Source: Neoechinorhynchus agilis | Lineage: Eukaryota > Animalia > Acanthocephala | Reading direction: 5' to 3' | NCBI GenBank assembly: GCA_051530055.1 | Contig: CM121342.1 | Coordinates: 6,802,864-6,866,863, forward strand | DNA length: 64,000 nucleotides | Part shown: positions 1-10,811 of the stretch, one piece after another | Layout of the letters: every line of letters begins with the position of its first letter | Position numbering within the stretch: the first letter of the stretch is position 1 | The notes under the pieces: generated by a model | What the model was told of the DNA's origin: nothing | Database searches by the model: none | The model's input: the letters and a program-made list of their open reading frames with translations, nothing else | Position numbers and translations under genes: made by a program

Positions 1-1679
1 TTCTTAAAGTTTTGATCTGATATTATGAACGTTTTTTGTGTGCAGGAAATTCACGGATTTTTGTATTGTCGCAAATAAACACTTTTTTCCACATTTTTGA
101 ACCAAATCACTAAAATTTTCATTCCGCAAAAAGTTATGATCGAGATTATTTATAGAAAGGAACTATGCCTAAAATCGCATGATCGAAAGTCCATATAAAA
201 TTATTTTGGTTACAAACACTACGCAATTAAACATTTATGAGTCTAAAATATGCTTACCTCTTACCGTGTTTCTTATTCGCTTATTGGCTGAAATCTCAGA
301 AATTTGACCAATTAAAAAAAATTAGGGGTTTCATAGAACGATTAATTATCATGTGTGTCGAAAATGTATTTTTGATAAGCTAAGCTCCTTTTGCGCAAGT
401 TTTTCTCACCTTATATATTTTCAAGAAGTATTCCGAATTTTCCTTAGATGATATAGATGAAGCTATTTCTGTAGAGCAATCCTTTTTTAAATGGTACATT
501 ATTCTTTGCCAATATAAAGATGGAATTTATTAAAGAAACAAATTTTTATACCTATTTCTTATAAAATAAAACACGACATTCTATAAAATATAATTAATAG
601 ATTTTTAAATTACTTTTAGAACAAAATGGCAACCAAAGACCTTCATGTCTATAATTTCAGTGCCAAATTTAAAATGAACAAATTGAACCTGGTTGATATC
701 AAAAGTGCAATACCGTCCGTAAAAATTCAGCGTGGACCCGCAATTCTCTACACAGTGCCGATAACCAATAAAGAACGCAATCTCATCGGGGCAACTGCTC
801 GTATATTTCCAAGTGGCAAAGTGATTCTTAATGTACAGAAGGGTTCGGAAAGTGATGTTGAGGACTTTGCTCATCATGTAGAATCTCTAATTCAAATGTC
901 ACAATGTAAATCGGGTCCTCTTCACGATTACTCGCTCACATGTGTACAAATGAAAACAAATTTAGATTTTTGTATAAAATTAGAAGCTGTTGTTGAGAAC
1001 TTTAACGAAAAAAGGATCCCAAATATAAATGAGACAATAGAATATGTTGACTTTGAGCCAGAAATACGAAGAACGGCTGAAATAAAATTCAAACACTCGG
1101 ATGTTAAAATGACGCTGCACGGTAATGAATTCGTTCAACTTTCTGGTTCACGAGTGCATGAAATTCGGGAAAAGTTTGAGTTAGCAATTCCATTACTTTT
1201 GAGTTCAAGGAACAACACAAAACCAATCAAAGCAGCGCGAAGGGCTCAAAAACGAAGATATCAAATTCAGGAGTCGGAGAATTACAGATACGCCTCACTG
1301 GACCGATTTTCTGGCAGATTGTCTGGCCGTGAGCAGTTAAATATTGAAAGTTATAGTAAATTTAAATGCAAGGACAAAGATACGCTCGATCAAAGAAAAC
1401 AAAAACGTCAACGAAATACTGCACGAGCCAAGGATTTTAAAAGTTCCCGATCTTATTCCAGCTACGGAGAGTTTTCGCAACTCGATCAAAGATACGTGCC
1501 ATCAAATCCTGACTGTCAGTATCCGCCAAGTATACAACAAACGAATTCTTCTTATAATGGATCTTATTATTCTGAATTACCACAAATCGATCAATGTTTG
1601 AACGTTAGGTTTGACGGAAGCGAATTCCCGATTTGGGCAATTGATGCTTATATGATTCCCACAACAGCATTTCAAAATC
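1..1679 (+). repeat. Segment duplicated in inverted orientation at 28771-30449 (TBP-like gene plus upstream region)
   Basis: Near-identical reverse complement: positions 1-30 match 30420-30449, and identity ends at TTTCAAAATC (1679 / 28771). Confidence 0.95.
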
Positions 1680-1762
1680 AATTTTGCGGAATGAACCATT
1701 CGTTAAAAAGGAATTCGACGGTTCAAAAATACGCACATTGTCCAGTTTTTTACAACCCGTGA
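626..1762 (+). CDS. Divergent TBP-fold protein (TRF2/TLF-like), intronless, 378 aa, with a basic/low-complexity C-terminal extension (copy T1)
   Basis: Residues ~5-195 align by eye with the two TBP core repeats: LHVYNFSAKFKMNKLNLVDI ~ LQNIVSTVNLGCKLDLKTI; ATARIFPSGKVIL ~ TTALIFSSGKMVC; LDFCIKLEAV ~ VKFPIRLEGL; FEPEI ~ YEPEL; VQLSGSRVHEIREKFELAIPLL ~ [29 protein letters not shown] lies 6 nt before the ATG and AATAAA follows the stop. Confidence 0.75.
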   Translation: MATKDLHVYNFSAKFKMNKLNLVDIKSAIPSVKIQRGPAILYTVPITNKERNLIGATARIFPSGKVILNVQKGSESDVEDFAHHVESLIQMSQCKSGPLHDYSLTCVQMKTNLDFCIKLEAVVENFNEKRIPNINETIEYVDFEPEIRRTAEIKFKHSDVKMTLHGNEFVQLSGSRVHEIREKFELAIPLLLSSRNNTKPIKAARRAQKRRYQIQESENYRYASLDRFSGRLSGREQLNIESYSKFKCKDKDTLDQRKQKRQRNTARAKDFKSSRSYSSYGEFSQLDQRYVPSNPDCQYPPSIQQTNSSYNGSYYSELPQIDQCLNVRFDGSEFPIWAIDAYMIPTTAFQNQFCGMNHSLKRNSTVQKYAHCPVFYNP

Positions 1763-2764
1763 AAAACACGAAAGCGGCTTTAGTTCAAATAATCAGATAG
1801 TTTTTGTTCAGTCTATAAATAAAGAAACTAAAAATTAGTACAGTTTTAAATTTCGATGCATGAATATTTTCACAGATGTAAGGAGAGTGCTAAAAATGAC
1901 AAAAAATTAATCCATCTTTATTGTTTAATGTAGCGACACATTTTTATCATTAAGTTGCAATTAATTTTCAAAAATAACAATTCCTTTAAAAGAACAACAA
2001 ATTTTTTAGTGTTTGATACAGTTCTTTACCTAATTTTTTATATGCACTTTGCAAAAGTAACGATATCTGATTCCCATTTAAGATTTTAAATCAATTTATT
2101 TTTATGATTTTTTAGTTTAGTTGATTTAGTTATAATAATATATTTTTATAGGCTCACATGAACTTTCATACATTTTAACAATTTTTCAAAGTACTTAATG
2201 AAACTGTAAACCTAGAGACCTGATGAAGAAAATTCGTTTGTTTATTAAATCGTGATGTTGATAATGTCGACAAGAAAATCAGAATAAAAATGCTCGTAAA
2301 GTGGCGTTCTCGTATGAAAAAATTAATGTGGATGCAATGAATGGAAATTAAGTATTGTTTTTTAAATGAAAAGAACGTACGAAAATTTTCTCAACTATGC
2401 AATCAAACCATTATTGGGCTAGTGTCGTCGATTTAAGTTTTATTGATAATCAAATGATGATCGCGAAAAGAACCGAACCGCAAACACGATCGACGGTTTA
2501 CATAATTTGTCGCAAATGCGAGCTTCGGTGATAATCAACAAGTGATTCGTAAAGCTTTATAATAATCGCGAAATTACAGCAAATAGTCATCAATAAATAA
2601 GCAAAATAAATAATTGTTTGTTATATTTGGGTTATGGCGAAAAGAATAAAAGCGTATCCAATACATTTACAATTGCTAACGAGCATTACTACGAACATCT
2701 CACAATTCTCCAATCCTCAACGAAAATATCTATTAAGTCAATATTCAGAACTGCAAACTATACA

Positions 2765-4606
2765 ATGAATCCTGAGATTATTGAAGTTCTTCAAGAAATT
2801 CTTGCTCAAGTGGACAACAAGCTTGAGAACGCAGAGCGAGAAAGGCGCACAACTAAACAAATCGATCTTACCGATATCAAAATTATTGACGGCCATGACA
2901 GTGAACCAAAAGACGATCGAGAAGTAGAAATATCTCGTAAGGGATTGCTGGACGTTGAACTTAAAGAAACCAACGAACGAACTATGAGCGAAATAGAAAA
3001 AGATCAATCTGCAAATATTGCGAAATGGCCTTCTTTGGTTGGTCAAATCGATGCGATTATTATCAAAGATATCGGAAATTATGACAATGCGGGTGTAATT
3101 GGTCTTGAGATGGTAAATAAATCTTTGGCGGCAAAGAGGAAATCCGCATCTTATCCTGTCAAACTTCTGAAAAGTAAAAATGGAAAGTCCTGTAAAAATT
3201 GCCGAACCAAGAAGAGCGCATCCTGGTTTTATACTAAAGAAATAGTTCTTTGTTGCAAATGTGCACAAATGACTCTCACATCGCCGAAAAAAGGAAGCAA
3301 TGAAAATAAAAATCAGAAACTTCCATTACAACCTCCTCGTATCCAAAGCGTTCCTAATCTCTCGGATAGTTCAGCGAATACTTCAGATATTTGTTGCCGA
3401 CGATGTGGAAAAGGGAGAAGTTCTGAATGGTATTCCTGTTATCAACTTATTCTGTGTAAAGGTTGTGCCCCGCAATCAGCAACTCGGCTTACAGGAATCT
3501 TGAGTAGCTCTCAAGCGAGTACCGTTAATCCGAACGGAAATACATCGAACAAACAGTCCACTGGATCGAACAAAAAAAATTCCACAAATTTCAAATGTTG
3601 CAACAAATGCGGTTCAAACGATAATTCAATTTGGTGTTCATCGAAAGGATCTTTCACATGTCAGGAATGTACTTCTTCAAACGTGCAAGCCGGTAAAATT
3701 CAACATAAAAATAATCAAGAAGATAAACTCGAATGTAAAGAAGAAGCAGTAAAATTGTCACATTACCTTTCCTTAAACAGTCAAACCAATCAGAACCCAG
3801 AATTAGAAGACAAGACTGGAGACACTGGCGATATTCGATGTTGCATTAAATGTGGAATGAGTGAAATTTCTAAATTGTTTGATTATTGTGGACTCTGTCT
3901 TTGTGAGAAATGCATAAAAATCAGTATTCCAAAAGACCAAACGAAGATTGCTGTCGAGCAACGTCAAGACCAGAATGAAGACAATTTCAATGAAGTGTTC
4001 CGCAAAAGAACCATTGAACCGACAAAACGCAAGCACCCGGAAACAAGTTCTACGCGGGCGAAACGAGCAAAAGTCCAACGTCAATGCAATCGATGCAAAG
4101 TTGTTGTAAGTCGAATCCGATACCGTCGAAATGATCTTTACTATTGTAATTCCTGTGCGATTATCGAAGGCTTCTTGGATTCAAAAACAAATTCAGCCGT
4201 TGAAGCTAAAAAAGCGGTGATGCGAACAGGAGATCTTAAATGTTCTTCAATTAAGCAAGGGCAAAAATCTTTAAAGCGTGGAGTGCCGTTAGACCAAATT
4301 GAGCAACAACCACGAACAAAATCACGGAGAACCAGAATGCAAGAATCGAGCACTTTAAACCGAAGTGCAACTGAACCTTTGAAACCCTCGCCCTTCTTAG
4401 AAGAAACACTACAAACCCTCGGCAGATTAATAAATTTATCGTCGGCCCAAAGTGAATTAATCCAGCAAAGCAATAAACTGACATCGAATGTTCCATCGAT
4501 GAATTGGACGCCTACATTGAACTCAATGTTAATATCTGCCGCGCGGATAAGTGCAGAAGTTCAGGCTGAGAAAGATCGTTCCGAGAAACAATCTGAGAAG
4601 GATTGA
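2765..4606 (+). CDS. Protein with five C-x2-C-x16-C-x2-C (GATA-like C4) zinc fingers, intronless, ~613 aa from ATG 2765 (copy G1)
   Basis: Open ORF (track start is TTG 2618). Fingers: CKNC..W..CCKC, CRRC..W..CKGC, CNKC..W..CQEC, CIKC..CEKC, CNRC..CNSC, each with a 16-residue spacer. Basic NLS-like stretch KRKH..RAKRAK. A paralog at 17003 is also open. Confidence 0.8.
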   Translation: MNPEIIEVLQEILAQVDNKLENAERERRTTKQIDLTDIKIIDGHDSEPKDDREVEISRKGLLDVELKETNERTMSEIEKDQSANIAKWPSLVGQIDAIIIKDIGNYDNAGVIGLEMVNKSLAAKRKSASYPVKLLKSKNGKSCKNCRTKKSASWFYTKEIVLCCKCAQMTLTSPKKGSNENKNQKLPLQPPRIQSVPNLSDSSANTSDICCRRCGKGRSSEWYSCYQLILCKGCAPQSATRLTGILSSSQASTVNPNGNTSNKQSTGSNKKNSTNFKCCNKCGSNDNSIWCSSKGSFTCQECTSSNVQAGKIQHKNNQEDKLECKEEAVKLSHYLSLNSQTNQNPELEDKTGDTGDIRCCIKCGMSEISKLFDYCGLCLCEKCIKISIPKDQTKIAVEQRQDQNEDNFNEVFRKRTIEPTKRKHPETSSTRAKRAKVQRQCNRCKVVVSRIRYRRNDLYYCNSCAIIEGFLDSKTNSAVEAKKAVMRTGDLKCSSIKQGQKSLKRGVPLDQIEQQPRTKSRRTRMQESSTLNRSATEPLKPSPFLEETLQTLGRLINLSSAQSELIQQSNKLTSNVPSMNWTPTLNSMLISAARISAEVQAEKDRSEKQSEKD

Positions 4607-5399
4607 TAGGATATTTAGTTTAATATATTAGTAAACTCTTTGTTTTGGTTTGATTATGATGATGATCGTTGTTTACACAAAAATCAATCGTTCATTATTG
4701 AAATTGGACTTTAGGGCAACTCATCGATGATTTCCACCCACTCACTTTACTAATTTCAGAATATTGAGTTGGTAGCAATAACATCGATAAAAGGTATCGC
4801 ATTCAATCCAGAATACCGAAGCATCACGGTTGAGATAGTATAAAAGAATAAGGCAGACTTCAAGCTTAACCTTAAAGGAGTGCAGTTCAATTTTCAAACA
4901 TATGCATTAGATTTATGGCGACTCTGCTTGTTTGAACTTAAAGGGATGGAGTCCAGTGCACTAAAAATAGCACGAGCCGCATATTGGATAATCTCCACCT
5001 TAATGCACTTAATGAATCGAGTAAACAGAGGAATCACATTGGTGGCAATTCAACTTCAACAACAAATGACAAATAGAGGATCGATTGTGCTAGTTCTACA
5101 CAGGACTCTAATCCTCCAATAATTCATCGATTACAATTTGAAATCAAGAAGAGTTGATAACACGTAAACAGCACTGTGGGAAATTAGTAGCACTAAGGGA
5201 TATTACTCTGATGCAAGCATTTCAAGTGGTTCAGTGTTCAATCACTCACGGATTGTATTAAAACTTGATATTATGGAGCTGCTCAATTATGAATTCCGCT
5301 ATGGAAAGTGGAAACATAAGTAAATAAAAGAAAAAGGAAAAAACAAACTAACCTAATTCAACGACTGATTTTAACGATGAATGATCTTAATCAAATTAA

Positions 5400-6085
5400 G
5401 AATTAAAGTATCATGAAGTTGGACGACCCCGGTGGATATGAGGAATAATTTGCGGGATTGAAGGCACACGTAAAATGAAGAATATAGAATGGTTTTTGTT
5501 AATGTCAAGACCCTATTCACAAAGGTGCCATTGGACTCAGCGATCATTCTTGCGATTCCTAAACTTCAACGCATGCGCGAGGAACACGAATTTCAACTTC
5601 GAAGGCAAAAAGCTATGATCAAGTAGATGGATTGTCCTGCGCGATTGGGAGGCTAAGTAAGTTTCCAGCCTACCACCGTATGCCAAATTCTGGCAGAGAT
5701 ACGTTGATAATACTTTTATCTTAATCGAAAAGTCCATAGAGACGGAAAAGTTCTGTCTCATGTTGAATTCAAAGCACAGCAACATTCAATTGATCGTCCA
5801 TTCGGCGATTGACAATACGATCCCCTTTTTTACGTTTTGATTACTCTACAAGGAGCCGAGTTTGCAACCACTGTGTATACCGACTGAAATTGCCCTTCAT
5901 TCATCACAATGATAACCACTAAGTATAAAATGGCCAGGATTAAGTCGCCGTTTGATCGTACCTACAATTATTGCTCCAACCAAGATTTCCTCACCGAGGA
6001 ACTTGAACTTCTTTGGAGCATGTTCAAAAGGGAAGGACTATCCAATCTACATGATAAGAAGAGATAGTTGGAGGGCCTTCTATGG
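5400..6085 (+). mobile_element. Degenerate Penelope-like element (PLE), RT fragment
   Basis: Frameshifted motifs: MVFVNVKTLFTKVPLDSAI (SFDVxSLFTxVP), FWQRYVDNTFILI (RYVDD), LNSKHSNIQ..IPFF, YK...IKS.FDR.Y..CS. An inverted copy lies at ~63300-63950. Confidence 0.75.
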
Positions 6086-6089
6086 AATG

Positions 6090-6285
6090 TTTGCCGTTGC
6101 TTAATTGGAGAACATTTAAGATCTCCTGTTGGTGACACCGCTTTTTTTTACTGCTGAACTTGTTTTTGCATCCAAAAAGCCTTCGATAATCGCACAGGAA
6201 TTAAAATAGTAAAGATCATTTCGACGGTATCGGATTCCACTTACAACGACTTTTCATCGATTGCATTCTCGTTCAATGAAGTTAA
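6090..6285 (-). pseudogene. Internal fragment (finger 5 region) of the GATA-like gene, inverted
   Basis: Reverse complement of ~4080-4260. A mirror copy lies at ~63105-63295. Confidence 0.85.
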
Positions 6286-6818
6286 TTTTTGCCTGACATT
6301 TCAGAAATTCCTCTCGCACAAGTAGGCGAAATCCGGAATTTATTTTAATTATATAAAAATGGGATATATTAAAGGTGTAAATAGTATGTTGAATGGATTG
6401 GGAAAACCTGAGATAAAAGGTTTTATTGTATTCTTAGGGGGTAACGAAATTACTGAATTTTTAATCAGAAATTTTGCACGATTTTTATGTATATGAAATT
6501 AACGGATTTTATATTGACGGCACTTTACTTCGCAACTCTTGGCTGAAAATTATTATTTATTTGGATTTGAGATTTGCAGTCAAAAAAAATACAGAGGCGT
6601 CCTCTACCAAGACCGCACCTCAAAATATATCTTTTTACTGACCAAAACCTCAAATTATGGATTACTGAAACTCACTGAATTTACGAAAGGGCACATCGGT
6701 AAAAAGAACGTTGCATTGCTCGTACATTAAGTTTTGAAATATTTCAAGCCAACTATTACTCATGCAAATGTAAAAATGTACACGAGTTATCTCGATTTTT
6801 CGTCGTCGTTCAACCGCA

Positions 6819-8747
6819 ATGCTCTTATTGTCTCCCTTAAATATTCTATTATTAGTAATTCCACTAAGTCTTGTTTCATTGGAACAACATGGAAGAGAAC
6901 CGAAATGCGAGATAACGCACTCCGAACCGATCTCAAACTTTGGAATACGATGCTACGAAAATGATGCTGTTGGGAAAATGGAATCGATTATTAATTTATT
7001 ACGATCTGCTCAAAGCAATCAACAAAATTTCGAATTTAATAATGTCGATCTTAAAGATATTCCTGAAAATTTCATTTTATCATTTCTCCAAGTCGTAAAA
7101 GTCACTGTCCTTAATGAATACGAACAATCATACAGATCGTCAGTACTGAGCAGTTCTGTACTTTATAAACTCAAACGTGTAAAAGAGTTGGAAATCGAGG
7201 GAGCTGGAATTGTTAAGGTTCAAGAAGACGCTTTTAAAGAATTTATGAGTCTTGTTCGACTAAGTTTGAGTTTCAACAGTATATCAGTAATTCCTGCCCA
7301 ATTCCCACGGCAATTACCGTTATTGGAAATACTTCGTTTATCGAACAATATGCTAACAAGTGAAAGTATAAATGTTATTAGCAGACTACGATACCTGAAA
7401 CTATTGGATTTAAGTTATAATTTGATTGATCATTTAGCTGCGCCGAACTCCGGCTATTTTTATAATCTTGAGGAATTGTACATAGTTGGTAATCCAATTA
7501 AATCCGTATACAAAATGGAATCGTTTAAAAATCTTCGTTATCTCCATATTACGTATCTCGAAAATGTCAACGATTTATTGAGTTGTAAAGACCAATATTC
7601 CAAACTATATGAATTCATGGTCACAAATGGATCGGCTAAAGCGTTTGACACTAATTTGTTAGCTGCAGCGCCTCGACTTGAAAATCTTGAGATTACGAGA
7701 AATCAATTAGAATCGATTCCAGTTGGAAACCAACAAACGAATGAAAATATAAAGAAATTTTCGTTGGCGTATAATCAAATAACATTCATCAACGAAAATG
7801 ATTTCGATGATTGGAAAGGTCTTACAAAACTCCATCTTCCGCACAATAGGATTAATGGCTTCCACAAAAACGCATTTTCAAAGTTAAAGAGCTTAAGAGA
7901 TATATTTCTTGATTATAATCAAATAAAAACGATCGACCCGGACACTTTAAGGAATAATATTATACTGGAAATCTTCTCGATTAGTTACAACCAATTAAAT
8001 CATATCCATCGCAATCTTTTTCGGAATACAGGGAACCTCGAATACGTCGATTTGTCTGGAAATCGAATTCGAGATTTGATTGCAAGAAATTCTCCAACAT
8101 ATTCGATTGCATTTGTCGCTTTACGAGGAAATAAAATATCAACAGTTACCTTCAGTAGAACAAAAAGCTACAAGACTCTCGCAAACTTCGGCCTTTATTC
8201 GGAATTCGTACCTCAATCAATTTTGACCGCGTTGAAGATCTATGGTCAAAACGCTACGAAGGTTATATCGCTAACAAACAAAAATCTGACAACGTTCAGA
8301 GAAATAAAAATGCTTCTAACGATCAATATTTTAATTTCTCTCGACTTGACTAATAACAAAATAACGATGCTTGGACATACCGATTTTTCAGGTTTAGTCA
8401 ATCTTAAATATTTGAGTCTTCAATCAAATATAATCACCAAAATAAAGTCAAAATCTTTTGAAGCCGCTAGCCATTTGGAAGCTATCGATCTCAGTCATAA
8501 CAAACTCAGTACAATTCCAATTGATGCGTTCGATGGATTGGGAAATCTTATATTTTTGAATCTGGCTGATAACAAACTTAGAAGCATACCAGGAAGTCTT
8601 TATGATCTAAAAATGCCAAATCTTGTTTTCCTGAATGTTTCGAACAATCAAGTCCAACACTTTAATATTGATCACTTCACAATGATGAGATCACTGGGGC
8701 AGATAGTCGTCGAAGGAATGAAAATTAAAGCAATCTTTTATTACTGA
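6819..8747 (+). CDS. Secreted leucine-rich-repeat protein, intronless, 642 aa (copy LRR-A)
   Basis: Hydrophobic N-terminal signal-like segment, a Cys pair (LRRNT-like), then many LxxLxLxxNxI/L repeats (e.g. LVRLSLSFNSI, LKLLDLSYNLI, LKYLSLQSNII). No transmembrane segment and no LRRCT cysteines visible. Confidence 0.9.
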   Translation: MLLLSPLNILLLVIPLSLVSLEQHGREPKCEITHSEPISNFGIRCYENDAVGKMESIINLLRSAQSNQQNFEFNNVDLKDIPENFILSFLQVVKVTVLNEYEQSYRSSVLSSSVLYKLKRVKELEIEGAGIVKVQEDAFKEFMSLVRLSLSFNSISVIPAQFPRQLPLLEILRLSNNMLTSESINVISRLRYLKLLDLSYNLIDHLAAPNSGYFYNLEELYIVGNPIKSVYKMESFKNLRYLHITYLENVNDLLSCKDQYSKLYEFMVTNGSAKAFDTNLLAAAPRLENLEITRNQLESIPVGNQQTNENIKKFSLAYNQITFINENDFDDWKGLTKLHLPHNRINGFHKNAFSKLKSLRDIFLDYNQIKTIDPDTLRNNIILEIFSISYNQLNHIHRNLFRNTGNLEYVDLSGNRIRDLIARNSPTYSIAFVALRGNKISTVTFSRTKSYKTLANFGLYSEFVPQSILTALKIYGQNATKVISLTNKNLTTFREIKMLLTINILISLDLTNNKITMLGHTDFSGLVNLKYLSLQSNIITKIKSKSFEAASHLEAIDLSHNKLSTIPIDAFDGLGNLIFLNLADNKLRSIPGSLYDLKMPNLVFLNVSNNQVQHFNIDHFTMMRSLGQIVVEGMKIKAIFYY

Positions 8748-8767
8748 ATTGTAAGATTCAATTATTA

Positions 8768-9230
8768 AAACGTTTTATCGTAAGATTCGTTTTAAGGTGA
8801 GCGCAAGCAACGCATAAAAATTAAAGGTTTGACATTTTACTCAACTGATGTAAGTGCAATCTTTGGAAATTTTAAATGATCACTACGTTGCTTATTTCAT
8901 TTCAAGATAATTGTTCGACCTGATTGGCCCGAGTTGAATACATTGAAACAATGAAGATGATAAAATCTAAAAAACTATTTTTACAAAGACTTAAAAATTC
9001 TATGAAAATTGAAGCAACTTTTTTTACAGAATTTTAAGATTCCATTATGAAAAGGTTTTATCATAAGATTCGTTTTAAGGTGAGCGCAAGGAACATACAG
9101 AAATTAAAGGTTTGACATTTTACTCAACTGATTTAATTGCATTCTTTAAAAATATTAAATAATCACTACGTTGCTTATATAATTTCTCTGGCCCGAGCCT
9201 AATGCATTGAAACAATGAAGATTATCAAAT
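8768..9230 (+). repeat. Imperfect tandem duplication (~280-bp period) in the LRR 3' flank
   Basis: AAAA(C/G)GTTTTATC.TAAGATTCGTTTTAAGGTGAGCGCAAG...CACTACGTTGCTTAT occurs at ~8768 and ~9051. Confidence 0.8.
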
Positions 9231-9285
9231 CTGTTTCAAGATTTAGTTGCTCAAATTGGTGTTTTTCTCGTGGCGACATTAAAAT

Positions 9286-9433
9286 GATTTTATTTTAAAA
9301 TCCGACATTTCGGCACAATATTGTGCCTTCATCAAGATTGTTTCGGAAATGCTCAAGCAAAGCAACAAACTTGCGAAACAACCTTGGAAAATACACAAGA
9401 TTTTGCCGAAATATCGGATTTTAAAATAAAATC
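9286..9433. mobile_element. Foldback MITE-like element
   Basis: 30-bp inverted arms 9286-9315 / 9404-9433 (29/30 match). A copy lies at 26486-26633 and a related element at 39301-39438. Confidence 0.7.
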
Positions 9434-10306
9434 CTTTTAATTTTTCAGCTTTGTAATGATCAAATCTAAAAACTTTTCTTACAAAGGCTTAAAAATTCCA
9501 TGAGAATTAACTCAAAGAAAATATGATGACTCGTTTACACAGGTTTCAAATTAACGAATATCTGTACTCAAAAATCATTTTCTTTATAATAATACGCTTA
9601 TTTGTTAATCAAAAAATGAGACCCATGTTCCACTTTTTCCTGTTATTGCTTTTTAATTTTTTAAATTACGAGTTTCTCTGTAAGGTCGCTAAAAAACATA
9701 AAAATGGCGTTCAAATAAAATTTGGATCAACTCACATCGTTCAAAATTCCTCAAAAATTTAAGGCTGTTCTCATGACGAGAATTCAAGTTATTTTGTTCA
9801 CTCTGCCTTTCATCCTCTTTTTAATATCGAAATTGTTTTGCTGGCTGACATAACTAGACTACCCCATGTTTAAGATTTTTTAACTTATTTTGTCCGTTAA
9901 GTTCTTTATAAAAATAATTTACATATAATGAATTATCGATGAAATTTAAATAAGACCTGGATAAAACCAACTTTTTAAATTTAGATAAGAAGTAAGCGCA
10001 ACGCATTTTCGGTAAAGATTTAAGCATCTTTTTCGTAAGTTTCGACTCGAAAATCATGTTTTCTCTTTTCAAACGCCAGTAACCAATCTTACAAACGTGT
10101 GTACTGAACTGTTAGAAACAAGCGGTTAAAGCTTCCTTAGTTGGTGTGTTGTGGTGGTGATCTCAAATTCACGCGACCTTTGTACCCTCTTCATTATTAG
10201 TACATTGAAGCGGAATCCCAAATTCAGGAGTTATTCGCCAGCCTTATCCAGCTTCAGTTGCCGATTGTTCTCGGATGATTGCACTATTTAAGGAGATGAC
10301 GTTTTA

Positions 10307-10811
10307 ACACGAGTTATCTCGATTTTTCGTCGTCGTTCAATCACAATGCTTCTAGTGCTTTTCTTAAATATTCTATTATTAATAATTCAACTAAGTCTTA
10401 CCGAAGTGCGATATAACGCACTCCGAACCGATTTTAGCCTTTGGAATACGATGCAACGAAGATGATGCTGTTGAGAGAATGGAATCGATTATTAATTTAT
10501 TACGATCTGCTCAACGCAATCAAGAAAATTTTCTATTTAGTAATGTCGATCTTGAAGATATTCCTAGAAATTTCGTTTTGTTATTTCCTCTACGAACAAT
10601 CATGCAGATCGTCAGTACTGAGCAATTCTTTACTTTATAAACTCAAACGTGTAAAAGAGTTAAATATAAAGAGAACTGGAATTGTTAAGATTGAGGAAGA
10701 CGCTTTTAAAGAATTTATGAGTCTTGTTCGACTAAGTTTGAGTTTCAACAGTATATCAATAATTCCAGCCCAATTCCCGCGGCAATTACCGTTATTGGAA
10801 ATACTCCGTTT
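10307..10811 (+). pseudogene. Internally deleted 5' fragment of the LRR gene
   Basis: Colinear with LRR-A/B 5' sequence, with deletions and frameshifts. ORF 10441-10830 ends in ...LPLLEILRL. Confidence 0.85.

Noticed and set aside
2738-4496. Antisense and overlapping ORF-track peptides conserved between duplicates (also 605-877, 1344-1601, 16976-17569)
   Set aside because: Their conservation is explained by recent DNA duplication. They are shadows of the real ORFs with no motifs.
2765-4606. ArfGAP assignment for the x16 zinc fingers
   Set aside because: The spacing matches, but there is no catalytic Arg at C-x4-R, no WASxxxG motif, and five copies rather than one.
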